Assembly: GCA_028289375.1 (NCBI GenBank)
Contig: JANQQK010000038.1
Span: 84,110 to 148,109, forward strand
Source of the DNA: Phycisphaerae bacterium
GTDB taxonomy: Bacteria; Planctomycetota; Phycisphaerae; UBA1845
Length of the DNA stretch: 64,000 nt
Reading direction: 5' to 3'
Both the position numbers and the translations under genes were made by a program. Shown here piece after piece: positions 36,081 through 44,792 of this stretch; positions within the stretch are counted from its first letter, which is position 1; each line of letters starts with the position of its first letter. Under the pieces are notes generated by a model that was given only the letters and a program-made list of their open reading frames with translations, made no database searches and was not told the origin of the DNA.

Positions 36081-36212
36081 GGGATCCCTGTCCTCTCGAA
36101 TTCGGGGTTGGTCATGATGCAGCCTTGGCGAAGCGGCATCATAGGGTCGCCAGCCGCGTTTTGTCCAACCGCGCAGGTTGGCATGGGCGCAACCCCATCT
36201 AGAATTGTCTGT

Positions 36213-36755
36213 ATGGGCGATACGCGACCACCGAAACCGGTCATGCTGTTCTGCGGCCTGCTGTACGACGATGCCGACCTCGCCCAGCTTGCCAGGCGCC
36301 GACTCGTCCAAAAAATCGGGGACATTGTCACCGAAAGCGCGGTTCACCCATTCGATCATACGGACTACTACGAGGTCGAGATCGGCGAGAATATCCAGCG
36401 GCAATTTCTCTTTTTCAGCGAACCGGTCTCCGTCGAGCGACTGCCCGACATCAAACGCCTGACCAACGACATCGAGCATGGCATCTGCGACGACCTCGCC
36501 AGGCCGCGCGACCTGCGGCCCGTCAACATCGATCCCGGATACATCACCCTGTCCAAGCTCGTATTGGCGACCACGAAAGACGCCTCCCATCGGCTTTACC
36601 TGGAACGCGGCATCTATGGCGAGGTCACGCTGCGGTTCCATGGCGGAAAGTGGACGGCGCAACCATGGACCTATCCCGACTACGCCGCCGCAACGTTTCA
36701 TCCGGACTTCACGCAGGCTCGCGAATCGCTAAAGGAGTGGCTCAGCCGCTTCTGA
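36213..36755 (+). CDS. DUF4416-family protein
   Basis: PVMLFCGLLY...FDHTDYYEVEIGENIQRQFLFF...VNIDPGYITLSKLVLATTKDASHRLYLERGIYGEVTL...WTYPDY matches my recollection of DUF4416. The start could also be 36183. Confidence 0.7.
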   Translation: MGDTRPPKPVMLFCGLLYDDADLAQLARRRLVQKIGDIVTESAVHPFDHTDYYEVEIGENIQRQFLFFSEPVSVERLPDIKRLTNDIEHGICDDLARPRDLRPVNIDPGYITLSKLVLATTKDASHRLYLERGIYGEVTLRFHGGKWTAQPWTYPDYAAATFHPDFTQARESLKEWLSRF

Positions 36756-36851
36756 CTGTTCCACGTTGCCACCGAAAACCGGTCCCGATATAGTCCGGGA
36801 CGCGAAAAAACCTTCAGAAACTTCTATGACAACCGTATTGGATGATGAGTC

Positions 36852-37961
36852 ATGATCATTGGTGTCCCGACCGAAATCAAAACCCACGAATACCGCGTCG
36901 CACTCGTTCCCGCCGGGGCGGAAGAGCTGAAACGGGCAGGACATGATGTGCTGGTGCAGCGAGATGCCGGCGTCGGTTCCGGGTTTGCCAATGAGGAGTA
37001 CGAAAAGGTCGGTGCCCGCATCATGGACACGCGTGAGGAGATTTTCGGCACCGCAGACATGATCATCAAGGTGAAGGAACCGCAGCCGGATGAATGGCCG
37101 CTGATGCGTGACGGGCAGATCATGTTCACGTATTTCCATTTCGCCGCGTCGCGCGAATTGACCGAGGGCGTTCTCGCGACCAACAGCGTGGCCATTGCGT
37201 ACGAAACGATCACCGATCGGCTCGGTCGTCTGCCGCTGCTAACACCGATGAGCGAGGTGGCCGGCAAGATGAGCATTCAGGAAGGGGCCAAGTTCCTCGA
37301 ACGTCCAATGAAGGGCCGCGGCATTCTGCTTGGCGGTGTTCCCGGCGTGGAACCTGCCACGGTGCTCGTTTTGGGCGGTGGCGTGGTGGGAACCAACGCA
37401 GCGAAGGTTGCGGCTGGTCTCGGTGCCCGCGTGATCATCATGGACGTGAATGTCGAGCGTCTTCGCTACCTCGACGACGTGATGCCCGCCAACGTCGACA
37501 CGATCTTCAGCGAGCGGCACGCGATCCGTCGCTATCTGGAATTGGCCGACCTCGTCGTGGGCGCCGTGCTGATTCCCGGTGCCCGCTGCCCGATGCTCGT
37601 GTCGCGTGAGGACCTCAAGCACATGAAACAACACGCCGTCATCGTTGATGTCGGTGTCGATCAGGGCGGCTGCTGCGAGACGATCCGCCCGACAACGCAT
37701 GACGACCCGGTCTACCTCGTGGACGATGTCGTGCATTATGGCGTCGCGAACATGCCCGGCGCAGTGGGCAGGACGTCGACCTTTGCCCTGACCAACGCCA
37801 CGCTCCCCTACGCCCTGCAGATCGCCAACAAAGGGTACGTACAAGCCGCCAAGGACAACCCCGGGTTGGCGATGGGCATCAACATGGATCGTGGCAAGGT
37901 GACGAATCAACCGGTGGCTGAGTGCTTTGGATTGACGTTTGAGCCGCACTTCGCGGCCTGA
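36852..37961 (+). CDS. ald: Alanine dehydrogenase
   Basis: MIIGVPTEIKTHEYRVALVPAGAEEL, VLVLGGGVVGTNAA and ETIRPTTHDDPVY. 369 aa. Confidence 0.93.
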   Translation: MIIGVPTEIKTHEYRVALVPAGAEELKRAGHDVLVQRDAGVGSGFANEEYEKVGARIMDTREEIFGTADMIIKVKEPQPDEWPLMRDGQIMFTYFHFAASRELTEGVLATNSVAIAYETITDRLGRLPLLTPMSEVAGKMSIQEGAKFLERPMKGRGILLGGVPGVEPATVLVLGGGVVGTNAAKVAAGLGARVIIMDVNVERLRYLDDVMPANVDTIFSERHAIRRYLELADLVVGAVLIPGARCPMLVSREDLKHMKQHAVIVDVGVDQGGCCETIRPTTHDDPVYLVDDVVHYGVANMPGAVGRTSTFALTNATLPYALQIANKGYVQAAKDNPGLAMGINMDRGKVTNQPVAECFGLTFEPHFAA

Positions 37962-38097
37962 TCGTCACGCAACAAGTTGTGTCCGATTCCTGTCAGACCC
38001 TGTAAGATCATGCAAAATCGGCTTGTAGTTCGCACGGACCGGGGCGAATGATGACGCGTATACCTGCGTGTGGCGCGTTGGCTCTGGGAGTTTGCAC

Positions 38098-39450
38098 ATG
38101 AAAAACTTCGTAATCACGATTCTGTTGGTGGGCGTTTCCGTGCTTGGGTATTATTTGCTCCGGGCGGAGGTGCGGCTCAACTTTTCCTCCATGCAGGGCA
38201 AGACGGTCAAGATCGGCAAAGGCGATCTGACCATCCCGATCAATGCCACTGGCGAGATCGGCGCACTCTCCCGGCACGAGATCAAGTCAGAAGCCAGCGG
38301 CGAGATCGTCGAGATCACCTCCTCCCCCGGCGAGATGGTCACGAAGGGTCAACTGCTCATCCGTCTGAAGAAGGACGAGGAACAGCGCTCGGTGGATCGC
38401 GCCAAGGCCGACCTGACCCGAGCAGAAGCGGGACTCGATCAGGCACGCGTGCGCCTCGAACGCCTCAAGACCGTCGGAATCGAGAAAGCCGGGCAACGCA
38501 TCGCGCAGATCGAAGCCCAGATGTCCGTCGCTGCTTTCCAGAAGGAGAAGATTGAAGGTCTTCCCGAAGGTCAGGCCTCTGCCGAAGAATTGCTGCTCGT
38601 GCAGTCGCGCGTGGCAGAGTTGGCCGCCTCGCTGAAAACCGCCCAGGCTGATCTGGAAGATGCCCAAATTCAGATCAAACTCGCGGAGAAAGACGTTGAG
38701 CTTGCCCAAGCCAGTTACGACACGGCCAAGACCGTGCTCGGCGATGCCGAGGAGCGATTGGCCGAGACCGAGATTTTCTCACCGGTCGACGGCATGCTCG
38801 TGCAGCTCAACACGCAGCTCGGCGAGGTGATTCAGTCCGGCGTCACATCATTCACGGCGGGGACCGTCCTCGCGGTCATCGCGAACAATTCCAAGATGTA
38901 CGTCCGCACCGACGTCGACGAAGCCGACATCGGATCGGTCCGCGATCTCGCTCCCGACTGGGCCAAACCCGGCACCGACCGACCTGAAATTGACGAGATC
39001 CCGATTGAATCCGGAACACCCGTTCGCGTCACCGTCGAATCGTTCCGTGATGAGGAATTCGCCGGCGTCATCGAGCGCATTCATCCCGAACCGAACAGCC
39101 GGGCCAGCAGCGTGGTCACCTATCAGGTCGACATCCTGCTCACGAGCGAGAATGCCGCCAAGCTGCTGATCGGCATGCAGGCTGACGTCGAATTCACAGC
39201 CGAGTCGGTCTACGACACGCTGCTCGTTCCGCACGACGCCATTCGGCGAAACGAATTCGGCGAGATGGGCGTCTATATTCCCCTCGCCGCCAAGACCGAC
39301 GACGGCGAACCGGAACGCGAGTTCGTCAAGTGCCGCTTCGGGCTCGACAACGGAATCTACGCGCAAGTGATGGAGGGTGATCTCAAGGAAGGGCAGGAAG
39401 TGTACACCGTCCTGCCGGCGCGCTCAGACGACGATGAAGACGACAGTTGA
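38098..39450 (+). CDS. Efflux transporter periplasmic adaptor (HlyD/MacA-type membrane fusion protein)
   Basis: N-terminal TM anchor, a long coiled-coil hairpin (AEAGLDQARVRLERL...AQADLEDAQIQIKLAEKDVELAQ) and beta-barrel motifs (IFSPVDGMLV). Confidence 0.85.
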   Translation: MKNFVITILLVGVSVLGYYLLRAEVRLNFSSMQGKTVKIGKGDLTIPINATGEIGALSRHEIKSEASGEIVEITSSPGEMVTKGQLLIRLKKDEEQRSVDRAKADLTRAEAGLDQARVRLERLKTVGIEKAGQRIAQIEAQMSVAAFQKEKIEGLPEGQASAEELLLVQSRVAELAASLKTAQADLEDAQIQIKLAEKDVELAQASYDTAKTVLGDAEERLAETEIFSPVDGMLVQLNTQLGEVIQSGVTSFTAGTVLAVIANNSKMYVRTDVDEADIGSVRDLAPDWAKPGTDRPEIDEIPIESGTPVRVTVESFRDEEFAGVIERIHPEPNSRASSVVTYQVDILLTSENAAKLLIGMQADVEFTAESVYDTLLVPHDAIRRNEFGEMGVYIPLAAKTDDGEPEREFVKCRFGLDNGIYAQVMEGDLKEGQEVYTVLPARSDDDEDDS

Positions 39451-39523
39451 TCCGCCAGACACAACATCAACGCGACCGCAGCCTCAACCGTACGATTCGG
39501 ATTCGCACGCAGAGAAGCGACAC

Positions 39524-40288
39524 ATGCTGATCAAAGTCCGCAAACTTGAACGTGTCTACCGCATGGGTGATCACGTGGTCCGCGCGTTGGCCGGTGTCGA
39601 TCTCGACATCGAAGCCGGCGAGTTCATCAGCATCGTCGGCGCTTCCGGCAGCGGAAAAAGCACGTTCATGCACCTGCTCGGCTGCCTCGATCGCGCCACC
39701 GGCGGATCCTACGACCTCAATGGCCGCAACGTCCGTGCCATGACCGATCGCGAGTTGGCCCGCATCCGCAACAACGACATCGGCTTCGTTTTTCAGACGT
39801 TCAACCTGATCAACCGCACGCCCGCCATCGACAACGTCGCCGTGCCACTCTTCTACGGCCGGCAAGCGAACACAAACGCCAAAGCGATGAAAGCGCTCGA
39901 GCGCGTAGGATTGGCCAAGCGTTACAAGCACAAACCCAGCGAAATGTCCGGCGGTGAACGTCAGCGTGTTGCAATCGCCCGCGCGATCGTCAACAACCCG
40001 TCGGTGATTCTGGCCGACGAACCAACCGGAAATCTCGACACACGCACCGGCGAACAGATCCTCGACATTTTCCACAGTCTGCACCAATCGGGCGTCACGA
40101 TCGTCATGGTGACGCACGAGATGTCCGTCGCCGCCCAGGCCCAACGACTCGTGCACATGACCGACGGATTGATCGACGTTGATCGCGAGGTCACACCCGA
40201 ACTGCGTCGCGACCTTGTCCATTCCGGCGTCCTAGGTGCCAAACGCATCGAACGCGAGCAGGAAGAAATTGAAAGGACGAGTGCGTAG
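39524..40288 (+). CDS. ABC transporter ATP-binding protein (MacB/LolD/YknY-type)
   Basis: Walker [10 protein letters not shown], signature [14 protein letters not shown], Walker [12 protein letters not shown]. The start at 39524 gives the canonical N-terminus [12 protein letters not shown]; 39434 is an alternative. Confidence 0.9.
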   Translation: MLIKVRKLERVYRMGDHVVRALAGVDLDIEAGEFISIVGASGSGKSTFMHLLGCLDRATGGSYDLNGRNVRAMTDRELARIRNNDIGFVFQTFNLINRTPAIDNVAVPLFYGRQANTNAKAMKALERVGLAKRYKHKPSEMSGGERQRVAIARAIVNNPSVILADEPTGNLDTRTGEQILDIFHSLHQSGVTIVMVTHEMSVAAQAQRLVHMTDGLIDVDREVTPELRRDLVHSGVLGAKRIEREQEEIERTSA

Positions 40289-40290
40289 AC

Positions 40291-41499
40291 ATGTTCGCAT
40301 TCCGCCTCATTCTCGCATCGCTTCGCGGGCTGCAGACCAACCTGATGCGGTCGCTGCTGGCCACACTCGGCGTGATTATCGGTGTGACGGCCGTCGTGTC
40401 GGCGATGTCGATCCTCGCCGGCGCGGAGCGCGAAATCGCCCAGCGCTTCGAGTCGATGGGGGCTGATCAGATCATGGTCGTGCCCGGATCGGGGGGTCGC
40501 GGGCACCGACAAGCCAGGCTTGACTCATTGACGGCCGACGACGCCATCGCCATCCGCGAAGAGTGCCCGCTGATCATCAATACCGCCGCCGAACGTTCTC
40601 AGCCCATGCAGGTCAAGTACCTGCAGAAGAACATGTTCGCGACCGTCATGGCCACGACCGAAGCGTATCAGGAAATCAACGATTACAAGGTCGAGTCGGG
40701 TCGCTTCATCAGCCGCGAAGACAACCGCGCTACCCGCAAGGTGTGCGTTCTGGGCCACAAGATTGCCCGAGAGCTCTTTGGTGAGGTTGCTCCGGTGGGC
40801 TTTCGCGTCAAGATCAAGGGCATCGGTTTTACGGTCATCGGCGTGATGGAGAAGAAGGGCTTCCTCGGCATGCGCGAGGTGGACTCGCAGGTGATCGTAC
40901 CGCTCGATACAGGCCTCAAGCGACTCTTCGGTTTCCAGTTCGTCGGCATGATCACTGCCCAAGCTGGCGACCAGACCAAGCTCGACGCCGCCATCCAGCA
41001 GGTCAAGCGAACGCTCCGCGGTGAACACAAAATCCGCGCCGGCTCGGGCGACGATTTCTCCATCTTCACCCAGGAGCAGGCCAAGGAACGCGTCGCCGAC
41101 GTGACGCAGATTTTCGAGATCGTCCTTTACAGCATCGCGGGCATTTCACTCGTCGTCGGCGGCATCGGCATCATGAACATCATGCTCGTTTCCGTCACCG
41201 AGCGGACCCGCGAAATCGGCGTCCGCATCGCCGTCGGTGCCCGACGCATGGACATCGCCGCACAGTTCCTCATCGAAGCCGCCGTCATCAGCATGCTCGG
41301 AGGTGCACTTGGCGTCGTCGTCGGAATGGCCTTCGCCGACCTGCTCGAAAAGGTCACGCGTGTGCTCAAGACCTTCACGCCGCCATCAGCCATCGTGTTC
41401 GCACTCATCATGGCTGGCTGCGTCGGGATCGTCAGTGGACTCTACCCCGCCGTTCGAGCCTCCCGCCTCGACCCCGTCGAAGCCCTGCGCTACGAATAG
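40291..41499 (+). CDS. ABC transporter permease (MacB/FtsX-type)
   Basis: MacB_PCD-like periplasmic domain between TM1 and TM2, then a C-terminal FtsX domain ending [18 protein letters not shown]. Confidence 0.9.
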   Translation: MFAFRLILASLRGLQTNLMRSLLATLGVIIGVTAVVSAMSILAGAEREIAQRFESMGADQIMVVPGSGGRGHRQARLDSLTADDAIAIREECPLIINTAAERSQPMQVKYLQKNMFATVMATTEAYQEINDYKVESGRFISREDNRATRKVCVLGHKIARELFGEVAPVGFRVKIKGIGFTVIGVMEKKGFLGMREVDSQVIVPLDTGLKRLFGFQFVGMITAQAGDQTKLDAAIQQVKRTLRGEHKIRAGSGDDFSIFTQEQAKERVADVTQIFEIVLYSIAGISLVVGGIGIMNIMLVSVTERTREIGVRIAVGARRMDIAAQFLIEAAVISMLGGALGVVVGMAFADLLEKVTRVLKTFTPPSAIVFALIMAGCVGIVSGLYPAVRASRLDPVEALRYE

Positions 41500-41517
41500 C
41501 ACCGAAAGGACGACCCC

Positions 41518-41937
41518 ATGTCGATGGAGTTGCACGCCTATATCGCGAAGTCATCGGTGCCTGATCGCGAGACGTGGCAGAATGCGATCAACCGGCTTGG
41601 TTTTTCGCTGGAACTTGATGAATCCCTCAAGGAGAATGAAGATTCCGGCTACCTTCCATGCAAGCTCAACGGAGAGGAGTCGGGCTTCGAAATCTACTAC
41701 GAACCACCCGACGAGTACATCCATGAAGCACCCGAGCTTCGAGAACCGATCGGCACACGAGACTGGTGCATCTCGTTCCGCTGGGGCGGCGATATGGACG
41801 AACTCGCATGCGTGTTTATGGCGGCAGCCGCGCTCGTCACAGCTTGCGACGCCGTCGTCCACGACCCGAATGAGGATGAGGTTTTGACCGGAGATTTCCT
41901 CATCGCCGAAACACGGGATATTCTCAAGCAGCAGTAA
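41518..41937 (+). CDS. Hypothetical acidic protein (139 aa)
   Basis: ATG preceded by AAAGGA. Follows the ABC permease by 18 nt. No family recognised. Confidence 0.55.
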   Translation: MSMELHAYIAKSSVPDRETWQNAINRLGFSLELDESLKENEDSGYLPCKLNGEESGFEIYYEPPDEYIHEAPELREPIGTRDWCISFRWGGDMDELACVFMAAAALVTACDAVVHDPNEDEVLTGDFLIAETRDILKQQ

Positions 41938-41949
41938 CCTGAACTGGGA

Positions 41950-41993
41950 AGAAAACGCGACCCCGGGCGATGCTCATGATCGCCGCGGGGTCG
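41950..41993 (-). terminator. Stem-loop between convergent genes, with a T-run on the minus strand
   Basis: CGACCCCGGGCGAT-loop-ATCGCCGCGGGGTCG (about 14 bp with one bulge). On the minus strand it is followed by CGTTTTCTT. Confidence 0.55.
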
Positions 41994-42022
41994 ACATACG
42001 TCTTCTTTGCGTACTTCAAATC

Positions 42023-44437
42023 CTATGGTTTGCGAACCTCGACCTTTGTCTTGGTCGACGGAATCACCATCATCGGCTCGCCAACGCCGGGATTCTCATT
42101 CACCGCCAGCGTCGTACCAGACTGGCCCAACAGGTACAAACGCATCAGCAGCTTGGCCGTCTGAAGCTGGAAATCAACCTCGGGCAACTCGTTAGGGTCC
42201 TCGGCGAGAAACTCGAGCGTGTCGGGATCATCGTCATCCTCGTCGCCCTCTTCGTCGTCATCGCCGGCCTCCTCGTCGCCCTCATCCTCGTCGGACTCGC
42301 CGTCGTCGGTTGTTTCGCCCTTGCCGTCGGCGTCTTCTTCGGACTTGTCCGCGGGCGATTCAGCGTCGGCGTTCTCATCATCCGTCGGTTGGTCAGGATC
42401 CGCGTACTCAGCCGGTGCAGCCTCTTCCGATTCGTCACCTTCGTCGCCATCCGCCACCGTCTCCGAATCCGACGATCCCGGCGGATTCAAGACATCGCTC
42501 TTGCGACGCATGTCCATGACGCGGCTGATCTCCTTCGGAGCAACAGCGATTTCGACATCCGGCTTCACACCCCAGACCTTCGCCCCCTCCTCATGATGCA
42601 GCGACTGTCCGCTCGGCAGGTAGTACCGCGCCGTCGTCAGCTTCAGGTGCGACACGCTCCGGCCCAGCTGCATCAGCTTCTGAACACTGAACTTACCGAA
42701 CGTGTTCTCGCCAATGATGATCGCACGGTCGTGGTCCTTCAGCGCCCCGGACACGATCTCCGACGCACTCGCACTGTACTCATTGACCAGCACGATCAAC
42801 GGCAGGTCCATGAACGGGCCATCCTGATCCGCCGACGGATTTTGCCACTGCGGATCGCGCAGCCCCTTCGTGTACACGACCAGCGCATCACGCGACAGGA
42901 ACAACTGGGCCATCTCCACCGCCGATTTCATCAATCCGCCCGGATTGAACCGCAGATCGAGAATCAGGCCGCGTGCCCCACGATCGAGCGAACGATGAAT
43001 CGTCCTGCGCAAGTCTCGGACGGTGTTCTCCTGGAAGGAGTTGACGCGAACGTAGGCCACCCCCAACTCCTCATCGATGATGTGCTTCCACTCTTCCGGG
43101 TCTTCCGGATCACGCGATACACCCTTCACGGATGCGATCTTGACCAACGCACGCTCCAGCGTGACGTCGAATTCGCGATTCTCGGATTCCCGGAAAACGG
43201 TCAGTGTGACCTTGCTGCCCATCGGTCCGGTGATCAACTGCACGACCTTGTTGAGCGACCGGTCGCCGATTTCCTCACCGTTCACGTGCGTGATCACGTC
43301 GTCGGCTTTGATGCCGGCGCGAAAGGCGGGCGTGTCTTCCAATGGTGACACGACCGTCACCGGACGATTGCTGCCACCGGAAATGCTGATCCCCACGCCG
43401 ACAAAATCGCCACGCGTCTGCTTGTCAAACTCGCGGAACTCGATTGGCCAGATCATCGACGTGAAATCGTCGAGCGATTCGAGCGCACCGGTCATGAACT
43501 CGTACACAATCAGTTCGTCCGGCAATTGCAACGTCTGATCGTTGATCTCGAGTGTACGCCGGAAGTAGCGCTTGGCGTCACGGTGTGAAAACGACTTCTT
43601 CTCTGCGACCTGCTTGCGACGCGCCTCCAGGCGACGCTTGAAGTCCTCACGAACAAAGTCGTCCTGGAGGCCTTCAAATGTCTCACGAATCTCGATCGAC
43701 TCGCAAAGCAACAGGAGCTGATCAAGACCGGCTGAGGTAAACGCACGAAAATCGGGTCGCTCGACGTAGTAACGATCGATGCGCTCAATCGCATCCTGTC
43801 CGTTTCGCGGATCGATCCCCTCCAGGAACTCCTCCCAATTGCCGTCTTCGCTGTAAATGGCATCGAGTCGCGCAATGTTGAGGCATTCCTGACGACCTTC
43901 CTCGTAGGCTTTGTTGTCCTCGAACAGTTCACTCAGTTCGTAGTACACGGCGTGGGCTTTGTTCCACTTCGCCTTCGAGCGGTAGTACTCCGCCTTTTCC
44001 ACCGAAGTCTTGGCGAATTCACTCAGCCACGGGGAGTTCATGAATGCGTCGGGATCCTCGGCATTCGCATGCGCCTTGATTGCCCAAGACAACGCCGCCC
44101 GGATCCGCCCCAACGCCATGTCTTCCTTCGCAAGCTCGACGTAGCGATCGAAATCCTTGGTCTTGGCCGTCCGAAGCGTGTCGGACAATTCCCGGTATTC
44201 GGTGATCCAGGCAGCCACGCGGGGATCCACCGACTCATCGACCCTCACACCGGACAGGGCACCGCTTCCCGAATCGCGAATTTCGTTCACGAACGCGATA
44301 CTGCTGTCCCAAAGCTCCTTGCGCTCCGTGCGGCTTAGCTCGGGAATACGGTCTTTCGCCAAGGCGGCCAACGGAGCCACACACAGCAGGCCAATCGCCA
44401 GCGTAATGGCTCGCGGGGTTCTCGATGCAAGAATCAT
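42023..44437 (-). CDS. S41-family C-terminal processing (tail-specific) peptidase with a PDZ domain and a polyacidic insertion
   Basis: PDZ segment (GVGISISGGSNRPVTVVSPLEDTPAFRAGIKADDVITHVNGEEI). S41 core (LIVLVNEYSASASEIVSGALKD, GENTFGKFSVQ). Asp/Glu-rich region of about 100 aa near the C-terminus. Confidence 0.88.
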   Translation of the reverse strand: MILASRTPRAITLAIGLLCVAPLAALAKDRIPELSRTERKELWDSSIAFVNEIRDSGSGALSGVRVDESVDPRVAAWITEYRELSDTLRTAKTKDFDRYVELAKEDMALGRIRAALSWAIKAHANAEDPDAFMNSPWLSEFAKTSVEKAEYYRSKAKWNKAHAVYYELSELFEDNKAYEEGRQECLNIARLDAIYSEDGNWEEFLEGIDPRNGQDAIERIDRYYVERPDFRAFTSAGLDQLLLLCESIEIRETFEGLQDDFVREDFKRRLEARRKQVAEKKSFSHRDAKRYFRRTLEINDQTLQLPDELIVYEFMTGALESLDDFTSMIWPIEFREFDKQTRGDFVGVGISISGGSNRPVTVVSPLEDTPAFRAGIKADDVITHVNGEEIGDRSLNKVVQLITGPMGSKVTLTVFRESENREFDVTLERALVKIASVKGVSRDPEDPEEWKHIIDEELGVAYVRVNSFQENTVRDLRRTIHRSLDRGARGLILDLRFNPGGLMKSAVEMAQLFLSRDALVVYTKGLRDPQWQNPSADQDGPFMDLPLIVLVNEYSASASEIVSGALKDHDRAIIIGENTFGKFSVQKLMQLGRSVSHLKLTTARYYLPSGQSLHHEEGAKVWGVKPDVEIAVAPKEISRVMDMRRKSDVLNPPGSSDSETVADGDEGDESEEAAPAEYADPDQPTDDENADAESPADKSEEDADGKGETTDDGESDEDEGDEEAGDDDEEGDEDDDDPDTLEFLAEDPNELPEVDFQLQTAKLLMRLYLLGQSGTTLAVNENPGVGEPMMVIPSTKTKVEVRKP

Positions 44438-44792
44438 CCTGACTCCTCTTTCCCGGACTCCGGGTTTATTGGTACTTCAAAGATTCGTGCGGAAAGGCCC
44501 ATTCGAGGCGGGAGCGAGAGTGCTCCATCCGCCGGATACGTCCAAAAATTATACGATCCGCCATCTGCGCGGTCCAACAGAAGACCGCCGGCGCACAATT
44601 CATGACAACACACCGTTGCCGAATTCTCAGACCGATTGCCAAGCCGGCCCACCACCCATTCTTTCGTCGGTTAACCCACGGGACCGACTGAGCGATGATT
44701 CGGTCCGCTTCGCGATCTTTCCCCCGATAACCCACGCCCATGCAGCCCCGATTTGCATATCCCAACCCCGGTCGCTACCCTGAACTCATTTA

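Noticed and set aside
36081-36701. The N-terminal roughly 200 aa of the 663-aa minus-strand ORF (M20 peptidase)
   Set aside because: It overlaps the DUF4416 gene in antisense. The family-typical M20 N-terminus starts at the GTG at 36080, which has a GAGAGGA SD. The extension has no protein-like features.
44438-44792. 355-nt divergent region upstream of uvrA, inspected for an SOS/LexA box and for small genes (73- and 99-aa minus-strand ORFs)
   Set aside because: No CTGT-N8-ACAG or GAAC-N4-GTTC type palindrome is present. The ORFs are Arg/Trp/Cys-rich with no start context. Only a short CCCGGAcTCCGGG palindrome next to the S41 start was seen, which is too weak to call.
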